From Fibrobacteria bacterium (GTDB lineage: Bacteria; Fibrobacterota; Fibrobacteria; UBA11236): a DNA stretch of 64,000 nt. Where the stretch lies: the NCBI GenBank assembly GCA_025360005.1, contig JANYDA010000052.1:58457-122456 (forward strand). Direction: 5' to 3'. Both the position numbers and the translations under genes were made by a program. The notes beneath the pieces are model-generated. The model saw only the letters and a program-made list of their open reading frames with translations, ran no database searches and was not told the origin of the DNA. Shown here one piece after another: positions 40,638-49,407 of the stretch (its first letter is position 1; each line of letters starts with the position of its first letter).

Positions 40638-42059
40638 TTGGAGACCATAGTCGCCCTGTCCACGCCGCCCGGTACATCGGGACTGGCGGTGCTCCGTCTC
40701 TCCGGTCCGGCTTGCCGCGGCGTCGCTAAAACCCATCTGGGCCGCGGCGCATTGCAGGCCCGGCATGTATACTATGGTGCCTTCCGCGTCGCCCCTTCGG
40801 GCACCGGAGCTTGGAAACCGGGATCCCCGTTCGCTCCGGCTCAGGATAACGCTTCCGGGGAAATCCTCGATCGGCTGAACTTCGTTTTCTTTCCCGGGCC
40901 CGCCAGTTCCACGGGTGAAGACGTGTTGGAGCTTTATCCCCACGGCAACATGCTGCTGGTGGATCGCATCCTGAAAACCCTTTTGGATTTCCCCCGCGTG
41001 CGGCTGGCCGGTCCCGGCGAATTCACGCGCCGCGGTTTTGAAAGCGGCAAGATCGATTTGCTCCAGGCCGAAGCGGTGGGGCAATTGATCCATGCCCAGA
41101 CCGTGGAAGCCGTTCGTAACGCCCAGCGCATCGTGGCCGGAGCCCTGAGCGCGCCGCTAAAGGCCTTGCGGGACGCCTTGGTGGATTTGTCGGTACGGCT
41201 GGAACTGGACGTGGACTTCTCGGAAGAAGAGGCCGATCCGGACTACGCCTCCTGGGTCCCTCGCCTGGAAAGCGTGCAGGCCGAGTTGGCCAAGCTGGCG
41301 ACCGGTTTTGCAAAGGGCCGCGATTTGGCCCGGTCCCCGCGCGTGGTGATAATGGGGGCGCCCAACGCGGGCAAATCCAGCCTCATCAACGCGCTGGTGG
41401 ATGAGGATCGCCTTTTGGTCTCGGAAATTCCGGGGACCACGCGGGATTACGTTGAGGTAACTTTGAGGTTACCCAGCGGCTTGGTGCAACTGGTGGATAC
41501 CGCCGGTCTGGGCAGGCCCGTGGACGGGCTGGATGAATTGGCGATGGAGCGGACGCGGCGGCAATCGGAAACCGCCGATGTGCGGGTGTGGGTGCAGGAT
41601 GGGACCTCGGCGGGAACAGAGGATGGCGGAGCCCCGCATCCTTTCAGCGCTTTGGCCTCCGGAGTTCCGGCGGTGCCGGGCACGGAGCAAGCTTTCGTCT
41701 TGCGGTTGGCTAGCAAATCGGATTTGCCCGGATTCCATGCGCCGGAGGGATTTTTGCCGGTCTCCAACCGCACGCGCGCTGGACTGAGGGAATTCCGGGA
41801 ACGGTTGGATGCATCGGTATTCCGGGACCGCGGGGTGGGCGAAGACATTGTGCTGACTACGGAGCGGCAATTCCGGGCCGTAATGGCTGCACGGGAACGC
41901 GTGGAGACTGCGCTCCACGGTATGCGCGGCAAACCCGCCATCGAGATCCTGGCTTTTGAAATCCGGGAAGCGGCCGGATACCTGCAGGAATTGCTGGGCG
42001 AGATTTCCACCGACGAGATCCTGGGGAAGATCTTCAGCGGATTCTGCATTGGGAAATAA
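40638..42059 (+). CDS. mnmE: tRNA modification GTPase MnmE
   Basis: GAGGAG plus TTG start, METIVALSTPPG, GEFTRR, GAPNAGKSS, GTTRD, DTAG, C-terminal FCIGK. Confidence 0.96.
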   Translation: METIVALSTPPGTSGLAVLRLSGPACRGVAKTHLGRGALQARHVYYGAFRVAPSGTGAWKPGSPFAPAQDNASGEILDRLNFVFFPGPASSTGEDVLELYPHGNMLLVDRILKTLLDFPRVRLAGPGEFTRRGFESGKIDLLQAEAVGQLIHAQTVEAVRNAQRIVAGALSAPLKALRDALVDLSVRLELDVDFSEEEADPDYASWVPRLESVQAELAKLATGFAKGRDLARSPRVVIMGAPNAGKSSLINALVDEDRLLVSEIPGTTRDYVEVTLRLPSGLVQLVDTAGLGRPVDGLDELAMERTRRQSETADVRVWVQDGTSAGTEDGGAPHPFSALASGVPAVPGTEQAFVLRLASKSDLPGFHAPEGFLPVSNRTRAGLREFRERLDASVFRDRGVGEDIVLTTERQFRAVMAARERVETALHGMRGKPAIEILAFEIREAAGYLQELLGEISTDEILGKIFSGFCIGK

Positions 42060-42064
42060 GAGCC

Positions 42065-42499
42065 TTACTTGAATTCCAGGGTATAAGCAGCCAACCCCAG
42101 TTTTTCCGCTATCTCTTCCGAGAAGCGTCCCAACAGCCTCTGATCGTATTTGCCGAAAGCGGTGGACTTGCCGTGCAGGATGAGATTGTGGAGGAAATGC
42201 TGCGCGGAAAAATAGCCGCCGCCATGCACCTTCCAGCCTTTGGAAATAATGCGGCAGCCGCTGCTGCTTACGGCCTCCACGTCGCCGCGGCCTTCCACTT
42301 GCAGGTATTGATACACGATGTTGGCATGATAAGGCGTGAGCGAAAGCGGGGAAAGGACCAGGTGGATGCCCCGCCCCCTGGAAAGGAGCACGAACTTTCC
42401 ATTCTCTTCGCCCGCTTGCTCACCTTGGCTGGAGGCTTCGCGGTAGAAGGTGGCGAACAGGGAATTCGCTCGGCCGGCGCCGGTTTTTCCGGAGCTCAT
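42065..42499 (-). CDS. 144-aa protein resembling Janus/Ocnus/PHPT1 phosphohistidine phosphatases
   Basis: Starts at an ATGA overlap with the hldE stop; motifs GKFVLL, YHANIV, GGGY, LHGKSTAFG. Confidence 0.7.
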   Translation of the reverse strand: MSSGKTGAGRANSLFATFYREASSQGEQAGEENGKFVLLSRGRGIHLVLSPLSLTPYHANIVYQYLQVEGRGDVEAVSSSGCRIISKGWKVHGGGYFSAQHFLHNLILHGKSTAFGKYDQRLLGRFSEEIAEKLGLAAYTLEFK

Positions 42500-43938
42500 T
42501 GCAAGGAACGGACCCGATCCAGGATTTCCGAGGTGGAGAGGCCTGGGATCTTTCCGGTGATGTGCATGCGGCCTCCGTGGGCTTTGATCAGGGGCGCCTC
42601 GATGCAATCGGCGCCGTATTCGGATCCGTTCACGTGTACGTGCGGTTTGATTTCGGCTAGGAAGGGCATCGGTTCCGTCTCGTCGAAGATGTGCACATAA
42701 TCGACGGCACGCAAGGCCAGGAGCATGCGAGCGCGTTGGGATTCGGGAATGATGGGGCGGTGGGTTCCCTTGTAGGCGCGGATAGAAGCGTCGCTGTTGA
42801 GGCCGACGATTAGAACGTCTCCTTGGGCGCGGGCTTCCTCCAGAATGTGGAGATGTCCCGCGTGCAAAAGATCGAAAGAACCGTTCAAGGTGACGATACG
42901 TTTGCCCTGCGCCTTCAAGGATTCCGCCAAAGCGGAAAGCCGCGCGCGCGCCAGCAGCCGGCTTTCCCCACTTTCGGAATCCAGCAATTCCTCGCGGGTG
43001 ACCGTAGCCGTTCCGAACTTCCCAACCACTACACCGGCCGCTTTGTTGGCCAAGCGCACGGAATCTTCCAAGCCTGCGCCCGCCGCTCGCGCCAGCGCGA
43101 AGGCTGCGACTACCGTATCTCCCGCGCCGCTCACGTCGAAGACTTCGCGCGCCTGGGTGGGCAGGTTGAAATGGTTCCCGTTTCCGCGATCGAAAAAGGA
43201 GATCCCGCGCGCGCCCAAGGTCAAAAGGACATGCGACTTGAAGGTGGCGCGCAACGCGGCCCCGTTTTCCAGGATCAGGGATTCGCCGGGATCGCTTTCG
43301 ATCTGGCCCAGCAGTCCTTGCGCCTCTTTCCAATTGGGAGTCAGGTAGTCGCAACCCATGTAATAGGAAGCATGCTGCGGACGCGGATCCACCAATACCT
43401 CCTTGCCGGCCGCATGGGATTCCGCGATCAAGGTTTGCGTCAATGCTTCCGTAAAAAAGCCCTTGGCATAATCCGAGAGGAGAACCATGTTGGATGCGTG
43501 GATGTGTTTCCGGAACGCGAAAAGGATGGCGGCTGCCGCGGCGGCATCTACGGCGGTCGTTTCCTCATAGTCCAATCGGAGCAACTGTTGGCCTTGGCCA
43601 ACCAATCTGGTTTTCCGCATGGTGGGGCGGCCATCCCGAACGGACTCGAATCGGACACCGGATTTTTCCATCAACTCCCGGAATCGGATACCATGCCAGT
43701 CGTCCCCATCGATGCCGATCAAGATCGCTTTCGCGCCCAGGGAGGCCACATTGGCGGCGGTATTGGCTGCGCCTCCCAAAACGCGACGGGTTTTTTGATC
43801 GTCCATCTTAAGCACGGGAACCGGAGCTTCCGGGGATAGGCGCGAGCAATCCCCGCTCAGGAATTCATCCAGGAATACGTCGCCGAGCACCAGCACGGTC
43901 TGAGCGGCGAAGCGGGACAGGAGTTCGGTAGCATCCAT
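42496..43938 (-). CDS. hldE: Bifunctional heptose 7-phosphate kinase / heptose 1-phosphate adenylyltransferase
   Basis: RLSPEAPVPV, DVSGAGDT, NGSFDLLHAGH, GLNSDAS, STSEI. Confidence 0.94.
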   Translation of the reverse strand: MDATELLSRFAAQTVLVLGDVFLDEFLSGDCSRLSPEAPVPVLKMDDQKTRRVLGGAANTAANVASLGAKAILIGIDGDDWHGIRFRELMEKSGVRFESVRDGRPTMRKTRLVGQGQQLLRLDYEETTAVDAAAAAAILFAFRKHIHASNMVLLSDYAKGFFTEALTQTLIAESHAAGKEVLVDPRPQHASYYMGCDYLTPNWKEAQGLLGQIESDPGESLILENGAALRATFKSHVLLTLGARGISFFDRGNGNHFNLPTQAREVFDVSGAGDTVVAAFALARAAGAGLEDSVRLANKAAGVVVGKFGTATVTREELLDSESGESRLLARARLSALAESLKAQGKRIVTLNGSFDLLHAGHLHILEEARAQGDVLIVGLNSDASIRAYKGTHRPIIPESQRARMLLALRAVDYVHIFDETEPMPFLAEIKPHVHVNGSEYGADCIEAPLIKAHGGRMHITGKIPGLSTSEILDRVRSLQ

Positions 43939-44118
43939 TTTTCGGCAGCCCGATTGGGGGAATCCTAGATATTGTATTATCCATGATGGCGAAATGCCAG
44001 TCAGGCCAAGTCGGCATTTCCTTGGAGCGCCCGTTGGGTGCGGACATGCTAGGATCGCTCAGCCACCGGCCCATCCTCCGGGAATCTCGCCGCGTGGAAA
44101 TCCCATCAGAATCATTAC

Positions 44119-44150
44119 CAAAAGAAACCCCGGAGTCGGGGCTTCTTTTG
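44119..44150. terminator. Bidirectional intrinsic terminator
   Basis: CAAAAGAAACCCCG-GAGT-CGGGGCTTCTTTTG, downstream of the sigma gene. Confidence 0.8.
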
Positions 44151-44213
44151 TGGATCCGGAAAGCGGCTCATCGCTTTCCTGAAATTGCCGGCTTATCGCG
44201 CCCCTTCTTCGGC

Positions 44214-45071
44214 CTAGCTGGCTATGGCCAATTCCTGGATGTCTTCCATGGTCCGCAGATTGGCCAGGCCCTTTTCCTTGATTTGGCGTACCCGTTCCTT
44301 GGAGAGGCCTATGATTTCGCCGATCTCTTCCAGGTTCAGGGGTTCGTGATGGCTGATGCCGAAATACATGCTGAGGACGGTGCGTTCCTGGTCGTTCAGC
44401 TTATGCAGCAGTCTGGCCACGAATTTCTTCTGGGACGTTTGCGTGGTCATCAGATCCGGGGCTTCAGTATGTCCGTCTTCGATGACGTCCATGACCGAGT
44501 TCCCATCCTCTCCGTTGAGCGGCTCGTCCAAGGAGGAATGGCGCAGGCCCATTTCCATGATCTTTTCGATTTGGCGGCCGGAATAGCCCATTTTGCCGCC
44601 CAGGACGTCCGTGTCGATTTGCGCCCCGCCGCCGATGGTCTGGCGCATGGGGACGTTGTACTTGGAGAACCGGCGCAAGATCAATTCCTTTTCGGCCGAG
44701 ATGCGGACCATGCGGGCCCGTTCCGCGATGGCGCGGGTAATGGCTTGGCGGATCCACCAGACGGCATAAGAAATGAACTTGAGTTTGCGGTTCACATCAA
44801 AGCGCTTGGCGGCTTCAATGAGACCGATATTGCCCTCGTTGATGAGCTCGGGGAGGGAAAAGCCCTGATTCTTGTACATGAAAGCCACATTGATGACGAA
44901 TTTGAGATTCGCGCAGACCAACTTGTGGATGGCCTTCTGATCCCCGGTCTGGACCTTCATTAAGACTGCGATCTCCTCATCCTTCTTCAGAAGTGGATAT
45001 TTAGAGATGTCCTTGATATATTGATAGTAGAGCGAGGCTCCATCCCACGATTCAACTGACTGATGCGTCAT
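44214..45071 (-). CDS. Second RpoD/SigA-like sigma70 factor
   Basis: LVCANLKFV, LINEGNIGL, FISYAVWWIRQAI, NLEEIGEIIGLSKERVRQI. Confidence 0.9.
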   Translation of the reverse strand: MTHQSVESWDGASLYYQYIKDISKYPLLKKDEEIAVLMKVQTGDQKAIHKLVCANLKFVINVAFMYKNQGFSLPELINEGNIGLIEAAKRFDVNRKLKFISYAVWWIRQAITRAIAERARMVRISAEKELILRRFSKYNVPMRQTIGGGAQIDTDVLGGKMGYSGRQIEKIMEMGLRHSSLDEPLNGEDGNSVMDVIEDGHTEAPDLMTTQTSQKKFVARLLHKLNDQERTVLSMYFGISHHEPLNLEEIGEIIGLSKERVRQIKEKGLANLRTMEDIQELAIAS

Positions 45072-45324
45072 GGTTCACTTCCCTGTTGAGTTCCTGTATC
45101 AATAATACCCCCAACCTTAAGCGGTTTTGTCACGGTTGTGTCATACCCCTGTACTTGTTTGGCTAGGTATTTTCATTGTTTTTGCACGAATTTGGCCGGT
45201 TTCCGACCGGAAATTGCACAAAAGCGTTCCGTTCCATGGTTACTCACTAGTGCTGCATTAATTCCTACTTTTCCCATCCTCCCAATCATTTCAGGGATCT
45301 TACCGGTATTTCCAGGAGTCTAAT

Positions 45325-47697
45325 GTGTCCTTCGTCGAACTGATCGCAAACGAAACCAAACTCAGGGCCGAGCAGGTCCGTAATACGCTGGCGCTCTTCG
45401 ACCAGGGTTCCACGGTCCCCTTCATCACCCGTTACCGCAAAGAAGTCACCGGCTCCCTGGACGAAAACCAGCTTCGCTTAATCGAAGAACGGTATCTGTA
45501 TCATAAAGAGCTCGCCGATCGCAGGGAAACGATCCTGAAGAGCATCGAGACCCAGGGCAAGCTCACGCCGGAGCTGAAGGCCAAGATCGAAGCGACCGAT
45601 TCCAAGACCGTGCTGGAAGATCTTTACCTGCCATACAAGCCCAAGCGCCGCACGCGCGCTATGGCCGCCAAGGAAGCCGGCCTGGAACCTTTGGCCCGCA
45701 TCCTGCAAGCGCAGGATGCGCCCGCTGCCGGGCAGACGCCGGAACAATTGGCGCAAGCCTACGTGAACGCGGAACTCAACGTGGCCGATGCCGCCGCGGC
45801 CCTGCAAGGCGCGCTGGACATCCTGGCGGAAGAGCTTTCCGAAGACGCCGCCATCCGCGGCCAGATCCGCGAAATGGCCCTCAGGACCGGGCTCTACACG
45901 GCCAAGGTCCGCAAGGAGCATGAAGGCAAGCGCACCAAGTTCGAGATGTATTATAACTTCAGCGAGAAGGTGAGCGCTTTGCCCTCGCACCGCATCCTGG
46001 CCATGCGCCGCGGCGAGAAGGAAGAAGTGCTGCGGACGGAATTGGTGCTGGAAGACGAAAAGTGCCTGGGAATCCTGGCTGCCAAGTCCATCAAGAGCGG
46101 TTCGCCCTATAAGGTGGAACTGGAGAAAATGGTCAAGGACGCATTCGATCGCCTGCTCAAGCCCGCCATCGAAACGGAAGTGCGCATGGCCCTGAAGGAA
46201 CGCGCGGATGGAGAAGCTTACGCGGTGTTCCAGAAGAACCTGCGCGACGTGCTGTTGGCTCCGCCCGGCGGCCCCAAGGTGGTTATGGGCGTGGATCCCG
46301 GTTTCCGAACGGGCGTGAAACTGGCCGTCATCGACGGCACCGGCAAGCTCCTGGAGCATCGCACCATCTATCCCATGCCGCCGCAGAACCAGACGGATGC
46401 GTCCACCACCATCCTCTTGGCCATGATCGAAAGCTTCAAGGTGGAGATCATCGCCATCGGCAACGGCACGGCTTCGCGCGAAACGGACGAGTTCATCGGC
46501 AATGCGTTCAAGCAATTGGAAAAGGCGCCCATCAAGGTGGTGGTCAGCGAAGCGGGCGCTTCCGTGTATTCCACTTCGCCCCTGGCCGGCAAGGAATTCC
46601 CGGACTTGGACGCCACCATCCGCAGCGCCGCTTCCATAGCGCGCCGCATCCAGGATCCGCTGGCGGAATTGGTGAAGATCGATCCCAAGTCCATCGGCGT
46701 GGGGCAATACCAGCACGACGTGAACCAGAACGAGCTCAAGCGCAAGCTGGAGCAGGTGGTGGAATCCTGCGTGAACAGCGTGGGCGTGGACGTGAACAGC
46801 GCTTCGGAAGCGTTGCTGGGCTACGTGGCCGGCATCAACAAATCGCTGGCCAAGAACATCGTCGATCATCGCAACGCCAATGGCGCCTTCAACGGCCGCT
46901 CCGGTCTGGTGAAGGTTTCCTTGTTCGGTCCAAAAGCCTTTGAACAGGCGGCGGGCTTCTTGCGCGTGCAAGGATCCGACAACGTGCTGGACGCTTCCGC
47001 GGTGCATCCGGAACGCTATGATCTGATCAAGCGCATGTGCGAGGATTCCGGATTGCCGCTCAAGGATCTGATCGGCAACAAAGAGGTTATCGGCAAGATC
47101 GATCTCAACAAGTACGTTAGCGAAGAAGTGGGTTTGCCCACCTTGTTGGATATCGCCGCGGAATTGGAAAAGCCCAGCCGCGACCCGCGCGCCGAGTTCG
47201 TGTACGCGCGTTTCGACTCCAAGATACAGGGCCTGAAGGATTTGACCCAAGGCATGTGGTTGGAAGGCATTGTCACCAACGTGACCAACTTCGGCGCCTT
47301 CATCGACATCGGCGTGCATCAGGATGGCTTGGTGCATATCTCCGAATTGGCCGATAAGTTCATCGACGACGCCAAGAAGCTGGTGGCCGCGGGCCAAATC
47401 GTGCAGGTGCGCGTGCTGGACGTGGACGTGGAGCAGAAGCGCATTTCCCTTTCGATGAAGAAGGAATCCGCCGAGAAGCCGCAGGGACAAGGCCAACGCG
47501 GCGGGCAGCGCGGCCAGCGCGACCAAGGGGGGCAGGGCGGTCAGGGCGGCAATCAGAACCGCGGCCCGGCCAAACCCAAAAAGCCCACCGCCACTGTGGA
47601 TCAGCTCAAGGACAAATTCGCCAACGATGACAAGAAGAAGCAGAACAACGTCAAGTTGGCCTTCTCCTTGAAAGCGTTGATGAGAAGCGGCCGCTGA
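45325..47697 (+). CDS. tex: Tex family RNA-binding transcriptional accessory protein
   Basis: TVPFITRYRKE, GVDPGFRTG, GNGTASRET, IGVGQYQHD, S1 domain NFGAFIDIGVHQDGLVH. Confidence 0.96.
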   Translation: MSFVELIANETKLRAEQVRNTLALFDQGSTVPFITRYRKEVTGSLDENQLRLIEERYLYHKELADRRETILKSIETQGKLTPELKAKIEATDSKTVLEDLYLPYKPKRRTRAMAAKEAGLEPLARILQAQDAPAAGQTPEQLAQAYVNAELNVADAAAALQGALDILAEELSEDAAIRGQIREMALRTGLYTAKVRKEHEGKRTKFEMYYNFSEKVSALPSHRILAMRRGEKEEVLRTELVLEDEKCLGILAAKSIKSGSPYKVELEKMVKDAFDRLLKPAIETEVRMALKERADGEAYAVFQKNLRDVLLAPPGGPKVVMGVDPGFRTGVKLAVIDGTGKLLEHRTIYPMPPQNQTDASTTILLAMIESFKVEIIAIGNGTASRETDEFIGNAFKQLEKAPIKVVVSEAGASVYSTSPLAGKEFPDLDATIRSAASIARRIQDPLAELVKIDPKSIGVGQYQHDVNQNELKRKLEQVVESCVNSVGVDVNSASEALLGYVAGINKSLAKNIVDHRNANGAFNGRSGLVKVSLFGPKAFEQAAGFLRVQGSDNVLDASAVHPERYDLIKRMCEDSGLPLKDLIGNKEVIGKIDLNKYVSEEVGLPTLLDIAAELEKPSRDPRAEFVYARFDSKIQGLKDLTQGMWLEGIVTNVTNFGAFIDIGVHQDGLVHISELADKFIDDAKKLVAAGQIVQVRVLDVDVEQKRISLSMKKESAEKPQGQGQRGGQRGQRDQGGQGGQGGNQNRGPAKPKKPTATVDQLKDKFANDDKKKQNNVKLAFSLKALMRSGR

Positions 47698-47760
47698 AGG
47701 CGGACGCCAGGGGCGATAGTCCCGGCGCTTTTCCCGACTTCCGCTTCCGATGGCAGTAAG

Positions 47761-47788
47761 GCGCGTTCCCCAGGGACGCGCTTTTTTT
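47761..47788 (+). terminator. Intrinsic terminator after tex
   Basis: GCGCGTTCCC-CA-GGGACGCGC followed by T7. Confidence 0.75.
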
Positions 47789-47898
47789 GCGCCTTATGAA
47801 TAAATGAACTTTCATTGGTCGGATCTCCAGGCCCTGTGCGTCTTTGGTCCCAGGCACAACACCATGGGAAAAGGGCACCAAAACCCGGGAAGGGAAAA

Positions 47899-48204
47899 AT
47901 GAATTTCAAAACCACAGCGAGGATGGGTTGCGGCCTATTCGCGTTAATGTATCTGAGCGCCTGCGCCAGCGCCACCATCCGGCCCGGGGGCGGGGAGAAG
48001 GTGGGAGGCGCCCCTACCTACCAGAAGAGCAAGCCCTATTTCTGGTGGGGCCTTTCCGGAGAACATGAAATCGATGTGGTGGAAGTCTGCCAGGGCAAGG
48101 AGGTGGAGCAGATGCAATCGCAATTCACCTTTTTGGACGGCGTGAAATCGTTCTTTACCTTGGGCATTTATGCTCCTAAAACCGCTAAAGTCTGGTGCAA
48201 ATAA
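47899..48204 (+). CDS. Bor family lipoprotein
   Basis: LSAC lipobox, YFWWGL..IDVVEVC..QFTFLDG..TLGIYAPKTAKVWC. Confidence 0.85.
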   Translation: MNFKTTARMGCGLFALMYLSACASATIRPGGGEKVGGAPTYQKSKPYFWWGLSGEHEIDVVEVCQGKEVEQMQSQFTFLDGVKSFFTLGIYAPKTAKVWCK

Positions 48205-48217
48205 GGGGAATGGGAAA

Positions 48218-48595
48218 ATGGAAAACAAGCTTCTCTCCGCGCTCCTCGCCGGGTTTTGCCTCACCGGTTGCTCGGTCATGCATTTCAAGAACGGCCAAGT
48301 CAAAAGCGCCGGTCCCGTCCAGGAAAAATGGCATCATAACGGTATCTATAGCCTGGTGGAATTCAGTCCCGTGATCAACATGAATACGCTGTGCCAGGAA
48401 AAAACCTGGAGCATGATCACCACCAAACAAACCTTCGTCACCGGCCTGGTGGGGTCCGTAGACGATGTGGCCACGAGCGTATTGCTCCCCTACGGTGGTA
48501 TCGATCTTTGGGATCCCCAAGTCATCGAATGGTCCTGCGGGGCCGGGAAATCCGCTTCGCCCGCTCCCCCCGCGCCCGCGGATTCCACGCGGTAG
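48218..48595 (+). CDS. Bor-like lipoprotein
   Basis: LTGC lipobox, WHHNGIYSLVEFSP..C..QTFVTGL..LWDPQVIEWSC. Confidence 0.7.
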   Translation: MENKLLSALLAGFCLTGCSVMHFKNGQVKSAGPVQEKWHHNGIYSLVEFSPVINMNTLCQEKTWSMITTKQTFVTGLVGSVDDVATSVLLPYGGIDLWDPQVIEWSCGAGKSASPAPPAPADSTR

Positions 48596-48789
48596 GTCCG
48601 AGTCATCAGAACCCTAGCCGTAAGGATTTCTCGATTCACCGGTGGCCCGGGCGGCTAGGGGCGGGTTTTAGCGGGGCTTTAGACCGTCGGCATTGCCATC
48701 CGACCCTTAGCTGACTAATTTTCCCTCTCCGGTGTTAAAAACCGGGCCATCAAACCGCTTTTCCCGGAAACGGGGAAAGCCGGATTCGG

Positions 48790-48866
48790 GGCGGGTTAGC
48801 TCAGTTGGTTAGAGCAGAGGAATCATAATCCTTTTGTCCGGGGTTCAAATCCCTGACCCGCTACCA
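48790..48866 (+). tRNA. tRNA-Met (CAT), probably elongator
   Basis: Acceptor GGCGGGT/ACCCGCT-A-CCA, D-loop AGTTGGTTA, anticodon loop ATCATAA, T-loop TTCAAAT. Confidence 0.93.
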
Positions 48867-48897
48867 TTTCCCTCTTCAACCATCCACAATCCGGATT

Positions 48898-49344
48898 TCA
48901 GCCCCCGAACTGGCTCAAGTGATGATCCAGGTGGCGCCGTTGCAGTCCCTCCCATTCGGCCAGATTCATGGGTCCCAACGCCGGACTCACGGTCTTGGTA
49001 AACGGCTTAGAAGCATGCGCCTCCATCACTTCCAACAGGCCCCGTATCTCCTCGGTTACCCCTCGCACCGGCAAGCCCAGTTCCACCGTTTGGAAATCCT
49101 TCGCGGTGGGCGTTTTGCCTTTGGGCCATGGGATGATGAGGATCAAGGGGCGGAGAACGTTGCGCGATAGGAAGTTATGATCCTGGTTGACATGGAGCCG
49201 GCCCAGCGCCGCCTCAAAAGGGAGCCGGCAATGCACCAGCATCTGGCCCAGGTTCATCTTGCCCCATAAACCCCTCTCGGCGGGGTCGCGGGGGGAGAGC
49301 TTCTCGATCCGCGGGATCAATTCAAGGAAGGTTGGAAATTTCAT
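48898..49344 (-). CDS. DUF1569 / DinB-like protein
   Basis: WGKMNLGQMLVHC, HLDHHLSQFG. Confidence 0.85.
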   Translation of the reverse strand: MKFPTFLELIPRIEKLSPRDPAERGLWGKMNLGQMLVHCRLPFEAALGRLHVNQDHNFLSRNVLRPLILIIPWPKGKTPTAKDFQTVELGLPVRGVTEEIRGLLEVMEAHASKPFTKTVSPALGPMNLAEWEGLQRRHLDHHLSQFGG

Positions 49345-49407
49345 GCGGTCCTCCTGAGGCCAAAAGATAAAAGTTGGAACGGAGGGAGCGCCCCTGGGGA
49401 ATCGGCT

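Noticed and set aside
42500-43354. N-terminal 285 aa of the 429-aa ORF 42065..43354
   Set aside because: Arg/Pro-rich alternative frame overlapping hldE; the real gene starts at the ATGA overlap at 42499.
45478-47526. Long antisense ORFs (682 aa opposite tex, 539 aa opposite yidC, 413 aa opposite fabV, several opposite atp genes, 1566..2315 opposite the LamG gene)
   Set aside because: Shadow frames produced by GC3-biased codon usage of well-supported genes on the other strand; no recognisable motifs.
48790-48866. tRNA as initiator fMet, or as a prophage attachment site
   Set aside because: The 1-72 position is paired (G-U) and the GGG/CCC anticodon stem is absent. No duplicated 3' end or integrase seen. 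Ile2 identity cannot be strictly excluded.
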